Source of the DNA: Alphaproteobacteria bacterium
GTDB lineage: Bacteria > Pseudomonadota > Alphaproteobacteria > UBA6615
Reading direction: 5' to 3'
DNA: 64,000 bases
Assembly (NCBI GenBank): GCA_038117045.1
Contig: JAYOFE010000009.1
Location: forward strand, 78,086-142,085
Shown here: piece by piece, positions 1-10,178 of the stretch
How positions within the stretch are numbered: position 1 is the first letter of the stretch
Layout: every line of letters starts with the position of its first letter
Translations under genes and position numbers: made by a program
Notes under the pieces: generated by a model
Seen by the model: only the letters and a program-made list of their open reading frames with translations
The model's database searches: none
Told to the model about the DNA's origin: nothing

Positions 1-51
1 GCGCGTCGGTCAGACGTGTCTTCCAGCCGCTGACGTCGTCCCGCATCGTCG

Positions 52-1224
52 CTACTCGCGCGCCAGCCGCAGGCGGTTGGCGATGTTGTTCTTCTGGATC
101 GCCGATGAGCCGCCGATGATCGGCATCAGCAGCGCTTCACGCACATAGCGCTCCATGTCGAATTCCTTGATGTAGCCGTAGGCCCCCATCACCTGCTGGC
201 AGGCGAGTACGATCTCCTTGGCTGTGTCGCTGACATAGAGCTTCGCCATGGACGTCTCGACCGAGGCCGGCTTCTTCTCATCCAGCAGCCATGCCGCGTG
301 ATAGGTCATCAGACGGCAGGCGTGCAGCTTGGTCTTCGCATCCACCAGCATGTGTCGGACGGACTGGAAGGCGGAGACGGGCTTGCCGAACTGCTTGCGC
401 TCCTGGGCGTACTGCCAGGCATCGTCCACGGCGGCAGCGGCGTTACCCAGCGCCAGCGCGGCAACCTCGATCTTCTCGACATCCAGGCCCGGCCCGACGA
501 TGCGCCGCCAGCCATCGTTCCAGCCATCCTCGCCGCCAACGATGTTCTCGACCGGGACCTCGACGTCCTGGAAGGTCACGTCGCAAGTCGAAGCCCCCTT
601 CATACCCATCGCGTTCTGAAGCTCAATCGTCACGCCCGGGGCATCCGGCGGGATCAGCACAATTGACAGGTTCTTGTAGCGCTCGCCCTCGCGGTCGCTT
701 TTGACGACCGTATAGATGTAGTCGGCGATGTTCGCACCGGAGCAGAACCGCTTGGCGCCATTGATGGTGACCGTCCCGCCATTGCCCTTGCGCTCGGCGG
801 TGGTCCGCACACCGGCCACATCGGCCCCCACATCCGGCTCAGAGATTCCATAGGCAAACAGCAGCTTGCCTTCTGCCAGCTTCGGCAGGAGTTCGGCTTT
901 CTGTTCCGCGCTGCCGACTTCCTCGATGTTCATGCCGCCGTAGCAGGAGCACATGATGAAGGGCACGGCCACGGCCATCGAGCGGCGCGCCAGTTCCTCG
1001 ATCACCACCATCGTCGCGGTGATATCCCGGCCCGCCCCGCCGTATTCCTCGGGCACGGTGAGCGCGTTCACGCCAAGCGCGGACAGTTTCTCGAAGACCT
1101 CGCGCGGGTACTCATTCTCCCGGTCCCAGCGCTGCGCCAGCTCGCGCGGCATCTCGTTCTCGACGAAACGCCGCACGGTATCGCGCAGCATGGTGACGTG
1201 CTCGGCTTCCTGGAAGTGCTCCAT
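52..1224 (-). CDS. acyl-CoA dehydrogenase family protein
   Basis: 390 aa ORF whose full length follows acyl-CoA dehydrogenase architecture. Recognisable motifs include YGISEPDVGAD and FCSGANIADYIYTVVKSD; the C-terminal domain carries the ...GGSSAIQKNNIANRL motif. Confidence 0.9.
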   Translation of the reverse strand: MEHFQEAEHVTMLRDTVRRFVENEMPRELAQRWDRENEYPREVFEKLSALGVNALTVPEEYGGAGRDITATMVVIEELARRSMAVAVPFIMCSCYGGMNIEEVGSAEQKAELLPKLAEGKLLFAYGISEPDVGADVAGVRTTAERKGNGGTVTINGAKRFCSGANIADYIYTVVKSDREGERYKNLSIVLIPPDAPGVTIELQNAMGMKGASTCDVTFQDVEVPVENIVGGEDGWNDGWRRIVGPGLDVEKIEVAALALGNAAAAVDDAWQYAQERKQFGKPVSAFQSVRHMLVDAKTKLHACRLMTYHAAWLLDEKKPASVETSMAKLYVSDTAKEIVLACQQVMGAYGYIKEFDMERYVREALLMPIIGGSSAIQKNNIANRLRLARE

Positions 1225-1236
1225 CGCGCGCGGGCC

Positions 1237-2031
1237 CTACTTGCCGGTGAACTTCGGCTTTTCCTTGTTCAGAAAAGCATCGGTCGCGATCTTGTGGTCC
1301 TGGGTCATCTGGGACATGGCCTCGAAGTTGAATGCCGTGTCGAGCGCCGCGTTCGCGACCTGCTTCAGGCCCGCGTTCACGGACACCTTGGTCCACTTGA
1401 TGGCGTTGATCGCGCCGTTGGCCAGACGGTCGGCCATGCCATAGACCGCATCGTCGAGGTCCTCCGCCGGAACCGCATGATTGATCAGGCCGATGGCTGC
1501 CGCATCCGCCGCCGCCAGCAAATCCCCCGTCATCAGGTATTCCTTCGCACGGGCATAGCCGATGAGCTGCGGCCAGATCACCGCACCGCCGTCACCCGCG
1601 ACCAGGCCGACCGCCACATGCGGGTCGCCCAGCTTCGCGTTCTCGGACGCATAGATGATGTCGCAATACAGCGCGATGGTGCACCCTAGGCCGATGGCAT
1701 GGCCCGGCAGGCGCGCGATGATCGGCTTCTCCAGATCGAGCAGACCGTTCACCAGCCGCTTGCCTTCCCAGACCGTGCGCGCGAACGCCGCCGGGTCGCC
1801 GTGCATGTTGTTCAGCCACTGCAGATCGCCGCCGGCGCAGAAGGCGCTGCCCTCACCGGTCAGGACAACCACGTCCACGTCGTGGTCGGCATCGACGTCG
1901 TAGAAGATGCGCGAAAGTTCTTCATGCAGGGTCGCGTCCACGGCATTCAGCGTGCCCGGGCGCGACATGGTGAGCGTCAGGATGCGCCCTTTCCGCTCGG
2001 CCTTGATGGCTTCGTAGTTGTCGTAGTTCAC
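1237..2031 (-). CDS. enoyl-CoA hydratase/isomerase (crotonase family)
   Basis: 264 aa. Crotonase fold motifs VVLTGEGSAFCAGGDL and the oxyanion-hole region are present. The gene lies 12 bp downstream of the acyl-CoA dehydrogenase on the same strand, so an operon is likely. Confidence 0.9.
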   Translation of the reverse strand: MNYDNYEAIKAERKGRILTLTMSRPGTLNAVDATLHEELSRIFYDVDADHDVDVVVLTGEGSAFCAGGDLQWLNNMHGDPAAFARTVWEGKRLVNGLLDLEKPIIARLPGHAIGLGCTIALYCDIIYASENAKLGDPHVAVGLVAGDGGAVIWPQLIGYARAKEYLMTGDLLAAADAAAIGLINHAVPAEDLDDAVYGMADRLANGAINAIKWTKVSVNAGLKQVANAALDTAFNFEAMSQMTQDHKIATDAFLNKEKPKFTGK

Positions 2032-2113
2032 GTTTTCTCCCCCTTGCCACCCGATTCACGGATCAGCCGTTTCGTTGCCGCGACTATCGCAACAGTCCAA
2101 AGCCGCGTCAATT

Positions 2114-2142
2114 AAAATGAATGATGGTTCATTATTCATTTT
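2114..2142. promoter_or_regulatory. AT-rich imperfect inverted repeat (AAAATGAATGAtggtTCATTATTCATTTT) in the divergent promoter between the fatty-acid genes and tetR; candidate TetR operator
   Basis: The palindrome is seen directly in the 165-bp divergent intergenic region. It is strongly AT-rich within a 63% GC genome. Confidence 0.35.
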
Positions 2143-2196
2143 CTTGCGCTGACGCACGACCTCCGCGATGATGACGGTCCAGGCGAAGGAACGCTG

Positions 2197-2835
2197 ATGA
2201 CCACAACCACCCGATCGAAGCCGGCACGCACCCCACGGCAGACACGTGCCGAGAAGGCCCGCGCCACCCGGCGTGCGCTGATCGATGCGGCCGCGGATGT
2301 CGTGGGGGAATACGGCTACGCAGAAGCCTCCATCGCTCGCATCACCCAACGCGCCAATGTGGCACTTGGCACCTTCTACAACTACTTCGAGACACGGCAG
2401 GCGCTCTTTGACATCCTGCTGCCCGAACTGGGCCAGGACCTGATCGCCTTCGTCGGCCAACGGGTGGCAGGAAGTCGCGACACGCTGGACATGGAAGAGC
2501 GCGGCTTTCGCGCATTCTTCGAGTATCTCGGTCTCAATCCGGGTTTCTACCGCATCCTCAACGAGGCGGAGACCATGGCGCCCGTCGCCCACCGGACACA
2601 TTTCCAGGCGCTGACCGAGCGCTATGTGGCAGCGCTCAAGATCGGGCACCGGCGCGGCGATCTCGCGCCGTTCGATGAGGACGAGCTGGAGACGATTGTC
2701 TATCTGCTGATGGCCGCGCGCAGTTACCTGACGCTGCGCTACGGACTGGAGGACGGCAAGCTGCCCGAACATGTCGTCACGACGTATATGAAGTTCGTCC
2801 GGGGCGCTTTCGCGGGCGAGCGATCCGCGCCCTAG
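2197..2835 (+). CDS. TetR/AcrR family transcriptional regulator
   Basis: 212 aa. The N-terminal HTH region (ATRRALIDAAADVVGEYGYAEASIARITQRANVALGTFYNYF) is a classical TetR_N signature. The gene is divergent from the ACAD-ECH pair. Confidence 0.9.
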   Translation: MTTTTRSKPARTPRQTRAEKARATRRALIDAAADVVGEYGYAEASIARITQRANVALGTFYNYFETRQALFDILLPELGQDLIAFVGQRVAGSRDTLDMEERGFRAFFEYLGLNPGFYRILNEAETMAPVAHRTHFQALTERYVAALKIGHRRGDLAPFDEDELETIVYLLMAARSYLTLRYGLEDGKLPEHVVTTYMKFVRGAFAGERSAP

Positions 2836-3227
2836 CGCATCTTCAGCTTCAATCCAACCACCTCGTAGATGTCGAGGCCGGTAATCGAGCAGATTTCCTT
2901 GATCGGCAGCGATGTCTCGGCCAGCAGGACACGCGCGTGGCTTTTGGGGTCGCGGCGACGGTTGTTGCGGCGCTGTACGCGGTTGGCTTCCGCCTCGGCC
3001 CGGCGGCGTTCCTCCGCATCGAGGCCGCGCATGCGCGCTTCCTCCAGTGCCGCATCGCGCCGCGCCTTATCGGCATTGATCCAGCCATCCATCATCTGTG
3101 CCGCACGCGCCATGCCCTTGGCCTGGCCGGATGGCGTTCGCGGACGCTTCTGCTTCGGCTCGGGGCGTTCGGGGGCGGGACCGCCGGTGGCAGCCTCTTC
3201 CAGTGTCATACCGCGCGCCGTCGCCAT
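2832..3227 (-). CDS. hypothetical basic protein with a C-terminal HTH-like segment
   Basis: 131 aa ORF with an Arg/Lys-rich central region and a C-terminal LPIKEICSITGLDIYEVVGL segment, with no recognisable family. The reading frame stays open about 150 nt further upstream without any ATG, GTG or TTG, so the ATG at 3227 is the likely start. Confidence 0.4.
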   Translation of the reverse strand: MATARGMTLEEAATGGPAPERPEPKQKRPRTPSGQAKGMARAAQMMDGWINADKARRDAALEEARMRGLDAEERRRAEAEANRVQRRNNRRRDPKSHARVLLAETSLPIKEICSITGLDIYEVVGLKLKMR

Positions 3228-3445
3228 GCGTTCCGCCGCCGCAAGCGCGGCGTCCCGCTCGCCCTCATATGGCGATTCATGCGCGAGGAGCAGCAGGTTG
3301 TGGAAGCGCTTGCGCTCGGCTTCGTCGAATGGTCGCGGCGCGTTGATGACGGCCTCTTTCGTCCGGTTTCGCGTTTAACCGCAGACTATATCAGGAAGAC
3401 GCCGCGCCGTTCAGGGGGCTTGGCAGAGAAAGGAGGAACGGGAGC

Positions 3446-4723
3446 TCAGACAATCAGCGCGACAACAGCGCCGGTCATACAGGTGGCGATCGTGCCCGCC
3501 ACCAACGCCTTCATGCCCAGGCCGATCAGCTCGCCCTTTCGCGCGGGCGCCATCGCGACCATACCCGCCAGCATGATCCCCACGCTGCCGAAATTGGCGA
3601 AGCTGCAAAGCGCATACAGCAGGATCACCCGCGAACGCTCCGACAGCGCTTCGGCGGGCGTACTGGACAGGCCCAGATAGGCAATCAGCTCATTCAGGAC
3701 AATCTTCGTCCCCAACAACGCACCGGCAGTCATGGCTTCCGCCCACGGGATTCCAATCAGCCACGCGACGGGCGCCAGCACCCAGCCGAGCATCCGTTCG
3801 AGCGTGAGCGGCGCGCCCCAGACATCGGGCACAAGTCCGAGAATCTGGTTGGCCAGCGCCACCATGGCCACGAACACGATCAGCATCGCGATGATGCTCC
3901 ACAGCAGGCGAAGCCCGTCCTGGGTGCCCTGGACGAGTGCGTCCATCGTCCCATCGTAGATGCTGTCCCCCCGGGTCAGCGCGTCGTCTGACCCCGCTTC
4001 GGCCACAGCGGGCTCCTGCACCGGGCCTTCGGACGGAACCATCAGCCGGGCGATCACAATGGCGGCGGGTGCGCTGATGAGCGAGGCAACAAGCAGATGC
4101 CCTGCGGCGTTCTCGATCACATTTGCGAGGAAGGTCGCGTAGAGCACCAGAACCGTGCCCGCGATGGTCGTCAGCCCGCACGTCATGGTGACGAACAGAT
4201 CCGCACGGCTCATGCGCGACAGATGCGGGCGGATCAGAATCGCGGCCTCGACCATGCCCACAAAGATGTTGGCAGCAGCCCCGACCGATACGGGGGCGCC
4301 GATATGCATTGTCGAGCGCAGAGCGACGGCGAAGGCGCGGATGACACGCGGCATCACACCCCAGTGCCACAGCACAGCCGACAGGGCCGACATGACCAGA
4401 ACGATGGGCAGCGCGCGGAAGGCCAGCACGAAGCTAGCGCCCGGATAGCTCTCTGTGAACGGCAGGTCACCACCCCCGAGGAAGCCGAAGACAAGGCTGG
4501 TCCCTGCCCGGGTCGCCGCATCCAGAGCCAGCACCACCCCGTTCACCGCGCCGATGGCCTCGCGCACGACCGGCACCGAAAGCGCCACCGCGGCCAGCGC
4601 GATCTGAATCGCCACACCGATCAGCACCAGCCGCAGGGATGCGCGCCGCCGGTTCTCACTCAGAAGCCAGGCCAGCGCCACCAGCGCAAGCAGACCCAGA
4701 ACGGGTTGTACATATCCGGCCAT
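3446..4723 (-). CDS. nupC: NupC/CNT family concentrative nucleoside transporter
   Basis: 425 aa polytopic membrane protein. The N- and C-terminal conserved CNT segments are present (LISAPAAIVIARLMVPSEG ..., C-terminal GSVGIMLAGM). Confidence 0.8.
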   Translation of the reverse strand: MAGYVQPVLGLLALVALAWLLSENRRRASLRLVLIGVAIQIALAAVALSVPVVREAIGAVNGVVLALDAATRAGTSLVFGFLGGGDLPFTESYPGASFVLAFRALPIVLVMSALSAVLWHWGVMPRVIRAFAVALRSTMHIGAPVSVGAAANIFVGMVEAAILIRPHLSRMSRADLFVTMTCGLTTIAGTVLVLYATFLANVIENAAGHLLVASLISAPAAIVIARLMVPSEGPVQEPAVAEAGSDDALTRGDSIYDGTMDALVQGTQDGLRLLWSIIAMLIVFVAMVALANQILGLVPDVWGAPLTLERMLGWVLAPVAWLIGIPWAEAMTAGALLGTKIVLNELIAYLGLSSTPAEALSERSRVILLYALCSFANFGSVGIMLAGMVAMAPARKGELIGLGMKALVAGTIATCMTGAVVALIV

Positions 4724-4793
4724 CGGCCCCTTCCACGAGGATGAACGGTCTTACGGTGCCACCGCACCGCGATTCGCTGTGCGGCCGATGCGG

Positions 4794-5108
4794 CTAGTCC
4801 GCCGGGTCGGGAACTCGCTGCCAGAGCGGCTCGATCAGGACAAACTCGAACAATCCTTCCCGGGTATAAGGGTCGTTAGCATGAAAATCCTCGACGGTTT
4901 CACGCGCCGGTGCCTCGAAGACCAGAACATTGCCGGTGACGTCACGGATATCGACGTCGCCCGACGTATCCACCCCGTCGCGTACCAGCCCGCCGCCGAA
5001 GACAATCATCGGCAGGAACGGTTGCTGATAAGCCGCATGCTCCGGCTGCAGGCGCGCGCGCAGCGCAGCCATTCCGGGCTTGTCTTTTCTGACGAGTGCA
5101 AAGCGCAT
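4794..5108 (-). CDS. YciI-like protein
   Basis: About 104 aa from the MRFALVRKDKPG... start. A small alpha/beta YCII-related domain pattern ends ...FEFVLIEPLWQRV. The annotated longer ORF adds a 20-aa extension that is probably not translated. Confidence 0.65.
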   Translation of the reverse strand: MRFALVRKDKPGMAALRARLQPEHAAYQQPFLPMIVFGGGLVRDGVDTSGDVDIRDVTGNVLVFEAPARETVEDFHANDPYTREGLFEFVLIEPLWQRVPDPAD

Positions 5109-5246
5109 ATCGGTCCCCCAAGCGATCGCAACATGAACTCGATACAGCAATTCGGCCGCACCGGCCAACCGCTGCCGGGAACCCTGCTACCGATCTTGAA
5201 CCGGTTACACATGTAACCAATACTGCCGTCTCCGGGAGGCAGCAGC

Positions 5247-6560
5247 ATGACATCAGGCAACACGGCGGCACGCGCCTATCAGGCGGGACTGGGCAATCAC
5301 TTTTCGACCGAAGCCCTGCCCAGCACACTTCCGGACGGCCAGAACGCCCCGCAGAAACCTGCCTACGGCCTCTATACGGAGGCCATTAGCGGCTCTGCAT
5401 TCACGGTGCCGCGCGGTGAATCCCGGCAAACCTGGTGCTATCGCATCCGGCCGACCGCCAAACACACCGCCTATCGTCCGCTCCCGAACGGCCGCTGGCT
5501 CACCGCGCCGGCCACGGCCGGACCGGCCGATCCCAATCAGATGCGTTGGAACCCGCTGACGATCCCGGATGCGCCACTCAATCTCATTGACGGCATCGTC
5601 ACCTATGGGACATGCGGCGACGCGCACACGCAGTGCGGCATTGGTATCCACCTGTATGCCGCGAACCGTTCGATGAACGACCGCTTCTTCCACAACGCCG
5701 ACGGCGAGATGCTGTTCATCCCACAGCAGGGCCGTCTCGTCCTGCACACGGAGCTTGGCGCACTCGATGCCGCCCCGGGCGAAATCGCCGTTGTGCCGCG
5801 CGGCATCAAGTTCCGTGCAGATCTGCCGGACGGCCCCTCACGCGGCTACATCTGCGAGAATTACGGCGCACCGCTGCGCCTTCCGGAACTCGGCCCCCTG
5901 GGCACACAGGGTCTAGCCAGCCGCCGGGACTTCCTGACGCCGATGGCAGCCTTCGAGGATCGCACCGGCGCCTTCGAACTGGTCCAGAAGTTCGACGGGG
6001 GCTTCTGGTCCTGCGAGATCGATCGCTCCCCGCTGGATGTCGTGGCCTGGCACGGCACCCATGTGCCCTACAAGTACGACCTGGCGAAGTTTGTGACGAT
6101 CGGCACGGTCAGTGTCGATCATCCCGACCCCTCGATCTTCACCGTGCTGACCTCGCCTTCCCCCGATGCGGGCATGGCGAACATCGATTTCGTGATCTTC
6201 CCGCCCCGCTGGATGGTGGCCGAGCACAGCTTCCGCCCGCCCTGGTTCCACCGCAACGTGATGAACGAGTTCATGGGGCTGGTGACGGGTGCCTATGACG
6301 CCAAGGCGTCCGGATTCGCGCCGGGCGGAGCCAGTCTCCACAACTGCATGAGCGGCCACGGCCCCGACACGGAGACCTTCGAGAAGGCGTCGAACGCCGA
6401 ACTCGCGCCTGAGAAGCTGGACGGCACGCTCGCCTTCATGCTGGAGACGCGATACCTGATCCGGCCCAGCGAATTCGCCATGAACACACCGCTGCGCCAG
6501 GCCGACTACCAGGATTGCTGGGCCGGCCTGGACGACAGGTTCGACGCCACGCGGCGGTGA
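5247..6560 (+). CDS. hmgA: homogentisate 1,2-dioxygenase
   Basis: 437 aa. The N-terminus [26 protein letters not shown] and the full-length cupin architecture are typical of HmgA. Confidence 0.92.
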   Translation: MTSGNTAARAYQAGLGNHFSTEALPSTLPDGQNAPQKPAYGLYTEAISGSAFTVPRGESRQTWCYRIRPTAKHTAYRPLPNGRWLTAPATAGPADPNQMRWNPLTIPDAPLNLIDGIVTYGTCGDAHTQCGIGIHLYAANRSMNDRFFHNADGEMLFIPQQGRLVLHTELGALDAAPGEIAVVPRGIKFRADLPDGPSRGYICENYGAPLRLPELGPLGTQGLASRRDFLTPMAAFEDRTGAFELVQKFDGGFWSCEIDRSPLDVVAWHGTHVPYKYDLAKFVTIGTVSVDHPDPSIFTVLTSPSPDAGMANIDFVIFPPRWMVAEHSFRPPWFHRNVMNEFMGLVTGAYDAKASGFAPGGASLHNCMSGHGPDTETFEKASNAELAPEKLDGTLAFMLETRYLIRPSEFAMNTPLRQADYQDCWAGLDDRFDATRR

Positions 6561-6564
6561 GCCC

Positions 6565-8334
6565 TTACTTCTCCGGAATTACCGGCAGCAGCACATGGGA
6601 CGGGTGGTCCGGCCCGGTATGGACCGTGACCTTCTTCCCATAGACCTCCAGCGGCCGGTTGCCCTTCATCTCGTGCTTGAAGGGACCCACGCCGTACTGG
6701 ACGCGGCCCGCGATTTCCGGCGAGCCCATCTCGTAACCCGGCCAGACATAGTCGCGCCCGCGCACGCTGAGGCCGAGGCGGAAACCTTCCGGCAGCACGA
6801 TGGAGGTCGGCCAGATCTCGATATCGAGCTCGTAGATCTCGCCCGGGATCAGCGGCTGCACCTCGTCATGGGTGTGGTACGGCCGGTAGGGCAGCGTCTG
6901 CTCGGGATCGAGCTTGCGGTGCGACGCCCGCAGCCAGCCGATGCCGACCGGCGTGTGCGGATCGTTCGAGCCCTTGTAGATGAGCTCCCGCAGGTCCGGC
7001 GCGAACGCTCGCAGCACGAGGAACAGGTCCGCATCCTCCGTCTCGGACGAGACGAAGAGTTTCGCCGCGACCGGTCCGGTGATCTCCGTCTCCTTCTCGA
7101 CCGGCGGGGTCAGGAAGGTCAGACCGTCTCCCAGCGCGTCATAGGTCATGCTGGTGCCTTCGGACATCGGTTCGTCCGCGAGGGTGCGGCCCGCAGGCTC
7201 CAGGTACTTCTTCGTCCACCGGGTACGCGGGATCGGCCAGTCTTCTTCCGTTCGCAGGACGAACTTCTCGTCCGGATGGCGCACAAGGAGCTGGACCTTC
7301 GGCTGCTTGTCCCAGCCGGTGTCCTCGCCCTTCAGGAAGTGCCCGAAGAAGCGCTTCTGCAGGTCGATGCCGTAGTCCGTGTAATAGTGTGTGAAGTGCT
7401 CCAGCCCGTGCATTTCCAGCCACTTCTGATCCGAGGCGGAATTCACGAAACCTTCCGTGTTGCCGCGCGGATGCAGACCCACACCGCCCCAGTTGCCGGC
7501 GGACAGCAGCGGCACGTTGATCTTGGAATAGTCGGGCATCCGGGCTTTCCAGTAATCATCGATCAGGGGGTGGTCGAGGATGTCACGCCCGAAATCTCGC
7601 CGGTTCTGCGCGAGGACCTCTTCGGTGAGGGTCTCCGGCCCGGAAATCCACTCTCCGTTGATCTTGCTCTTCAGACCGTTGGCACCCTTGCCGTGCTGAC
7701 GCGGGACCACGGCGCTGTTGTACCAGACCGACGGGAACCGGCAGGCGATGCCGCCGTGATGGCCCAGGTCGCGGTAATAGTCCGCCGCGCCTTCCCACAC
7801 GCACATGGCCGCAAGATGCTTGGGCTGCAGCGAAGCCACCTGCCACTGGTTCATCCCGTAATAGGAAATGCCGCTGGTGCCGACCTTGCCGTTCGACCAG
7901 GGCTGGGTGCCCGCCCAGTTGATGCAGTCGTGATAGTCCTGCGCCTCGCGCGCCGACCAGACATCCAGCACGCCGGGCGAGCGCCCCGCACCACGGGAAT
8001 CCACACGCACGCAGGCATAGCCGTCCGGTACCCACTTCTCGGGATCGACCAATTCCCAGTTCTGGTAACGGTTGGACGAGCCCGCCAGACAGTCGGGATA
8101 GTCCTCCACCATCTGCTTCCACTGGTAGGGATAACCGTCCTTCCAGTGCAGCCACTTGCAGTAGGGGCCGTAGCTGATGATGACCGGGTACTGGCCGTCA
8201 TCGTCGGGCCGGAACACGTCGCAACGCAGGACGACGCCGTCATCCATCTCGATGGGCACGTCCCAGTCGATGCGGATACCCGCCACAACCTTGTCGTAGT
8301 TCTGGCCGATATCGGTATAGGTCTCTCCGTCCAT
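6565..8334 (-). CDS. CocE/NonD family hydrolase (S15 X-Pro dipeptidyl-peptidase-like alpha/beta hydrolase), paralog A
   Basis: 589 aa. It carries a GISYYG nucleophile elbow and a C-terminal beta-sandwich domain. It has no signal peptide. Its stop codon lies only 4 bp from the hmgA stop, so the two genes are convergent. Confidence 0.85.
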   Translation of the reverse strand: MDGETYTDIGQNYDKVVAGIRIDWDVPIEMDDGVVLRCDVFRPDDDGQYPVIISYGPYCKWLHWKDGYPYQWKQMVEDYPDCLAGSSNRYQNWELVDPEKWVPDGYACVRVDSRGAGRSPGVLDVWSAREAQDYHDCINWAGTQPWSNGKVGTSGISYYGMNQWQVASLQPKHLAAMCVWEGAADYYRDLGHHGGIACRFPSVWYNSAVVPRQHGKGANGLKSKINGEWISGPETLTEEVLAQNRRDFGRDILDHPLIDDYWKARMPDYSKINVPLLSAGNWGGVGLHPRGNTEGFVNSASDQKWLEMHGLEHFTHYYTDYGIDLQKRFFGHFLKGEDTGWDKQPKVQLLVRHPDEKFVLRTEEDWPIPRTRWTKKYLEPAGRTLADEPMSEGTSMTYDALGDGLTFLTPPVEKETEITGPVAAKLFVSSETEDADLFLVLRAFAPDLRELIYKGSNDPHTPVGIGWLRASHRKLDPEQTLPYRPYHTHDEVQPLIPGEIYELDIEIWPTSIVLPEGFRLGLSVRGRDYVWPGYEMGSPEIAGRVQYGVGPFKHEMKGNRPLEVYGKKVTVHTGPDHPSHVLLPVIPEK

Positions 8335-8351
8335 TCTAAGCTCTCTCCCCC

Positions 8352-10121
8352 TTACTTCGCCGGGATCACCGGCAGCAACGCATAGCCGGCCTTCTGCGGA
8401 CCGACATGCAGCGTAATGTTGTTCTTGTAGATTGCATCCGGCCGGTTATCCGGGTCGTCATGCAGGAACGGACCAACCCCGGTGAACACGTTCTTCATGT
8501 TCGACAGGCCGGAATTCGGCTCGCCCGGATAGACGTAGTCGCAACCACGGATCGAGATTCCGAAACGGTAGCCCTTCGGGACAACGATCCCCGAGGCGTG
8601 GATTTCCACGTCGACCTCATAGACCTCGCCGGGCGTGAGCGGTTCGGCCTTGTCATGGGGATGGAACGGCGCCCACTCCTCGGACCGCGAGGCGTCGAGG
8701 GCACGATGCGAGGCGCGCAGCCAGCCCGATGCCACGGGCGTGTGCGGATCAAGCGCACCGCGGAAGGTGACTTCCTTCAGGTCAGGCTGGAAGACACGCA
8801 GGATGACGAACAAATCGGCATCGCTCGTGTCGGAAGAAACATTCAGCTTTACCGCCATCGGGCCGCAGATTTCCGTGTCCTCCTCGACCGGCGTGGACAG
8901 GAATGTGAGGCCGTCACCTTCTGATGCAAAGGTGATCGCCGCATCATTCGCGGACGGCGTTTCGGACAGAATCTGGCCCGCCGGCTCGAGGTGGAACTTC
9001 GTCCACTGGGTGCGCGGAATGGGCCAGTCGTCTTCGCCGCGCGGCACGAACTTTTCGCCCGGGTGGCGCACGTTCAGCATGACCTTGGGCTCGTCCGGGA
9101 AGGCCGAATCGTCGCCGCGCAGGAAGCGCTCGAAGAAGCGCATCTGCAGGTCGTTGCCGTAGTCGGTGTAGTAGAGCGACCAGTGCTCGAGCCCGTGAAT
9201 TTCCAGCCACTTCTGGCGGGAGGACGACTTCATGTAGCCGTTGAAGTTACCGCGCGGGTGCAGCGGCGCGCCACCCCAGTTGGCGCAGCTGAGAACCGGT
9301 ACCTCGACCTTGGACAGGTCCGGGGTGCGCGTCGCGTACCATTCATCGTCGAACGGGTGCGAAATGTAGTCGCCATGGAGGTCGAAGCGGTTGGCCTTCA
9401 AATCCTCCTCGGACAGGGTTTCCGGACCTGCGGCCCATTCGCCGTTGGCCCGCGAACGCCAGCCGCGGTCGCCGTAGCCATGCTGGATCTTCATGATCTG
9501 CATGTCGTACCAGTGCCGCTGAAAGGTGTTGTAGATGCCCCCGTTGTGGGACAGCTCGCGATAGAAGTCGTTGAAGCCTTCCCACGGGCAGATCGCGGCC
9601 AGGTGCTTCGGCTTCAGCGCCGCCACCTGCCACTGGTTCACCGCATAGTAGGAAATGCCCGAAAGCCCGACCCTGCCGTTGGACCAGGGCTGGACACCCG
9701 CCCAGTCGATGCAGGCCGCGAAGTCCTGTGTCTCGCGTGAACTGAAGACCTCCAGATAGCCCGGAGAGCGGCCCGATCCGCGCGAATCCACGCGTATCAC
9801 CACGAAGCCTTTCGGCACCCATTTCTCGGGGTCGCAGACTTCCCAGCTCTGGTGGATGTTGGTGGAGCCCGCCGGAACGTCCGGGTGGTTCTCGCACATC
9901 AGGTCCCAGCAGGTCTTGTAGATCTCCTCGAAGTGGAGGTCCTTGCCGTAGGGCCCGTGCGACATGACAACGGGATACTGCCCGTCATCGTCCGGCCGGT
10001 AGACATTGGCCCGGAGCACGAGGCCGTCATCCATTTCGATCGGCACGTCCCAGTCGACGCGCATGCCTTCGCGCACTTCGCTGCGGAAGATCGGGTCTCC
10101 CGCGTACTTGATATCGTCCAT
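8352..10121 (-). CDS. CocE/NonD family hydrolase, paralog B
   Basis: 589 aa and colinear with paralog A by eye over the full length (GISYYAVNQWQVAAL). Its RBS sits 17 bp upstream of A, so translational coupling is likely. Confidence 0.85.
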   Translation of the reverse strand: MDDIKYAGDPIFRSEVREGMRVDWDVPIEMDDGLVLRANVYRPDDDGQYPVVMSHGPYGKDLHFEEIYKTCWDLMCENHPDVPAGSTNIHQSWEVCDPEKWVPKGFVVIRVDSRGSGRSPGYLEVFSSRETQDFAACIDWAGVQPWSNGRVGLSGISYYAVNQWQVAALKPKHLAAICPWEGFNDFYRELSHNGGIYNTFQRHWYDMQIMKIQHGYGDRGWRSRANGEWAAGPETLSEEDLKANRFDLHGDYISHPFDDEWYATRTPDLSKVEVPVLSCANWGGAPLHPRGNFNGYMKSSSRQKWLEIHGLEHWSLYYTDYGNDLQMRFFERFLRGDDSAFPDEPKVMLNVRHPGEKFVPRGEDDWPIPRTQWTKFHLEPAGQILSETPSANDAAITFASEGDGLTFLSTPVEEDTEICGPMAVKLNVSSDTSDADLFVILRVFQPDLKEVTFRGALDPHTPVASGWLRASHRALDASRSEEWAPFHPHDKAEPLTPGEVYEVDVEIHASGIVVPKGYRFGISIRGCDYVYPGEPNSGLSNMKNVFTGVGPFLHDDPDNRPDAIYKNNITLHVGPQKAGYALLPVIPAK

Positions 10122-10178
10122 AGTGTTCCCCTCCGCCGGGTCCTAGCGTTTTTTTCTGTACGACCTCGGAAACGATAA

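Noticed and set aside
1-46. Possible 5' end of another minus-strand gene (MRDDVSGWKTRLTDA...) running off the left edge
   Set aside because: Only 15 codons are visible, which is too short to support.
6595-8385. 596-aa plus-strand ORF, and similar very long ORFs (10284-12104, 13097-14116, 15287-16465, 42508-44262, 56364-58802) running antisense to well-supported genes
   Set aside because: These are Arg/Ala/Gly/Pro-rich, low-complexity translations typical of antisense frames in 63% GC DNA. Each overlaps a gene with clear family signatures on the other strand.
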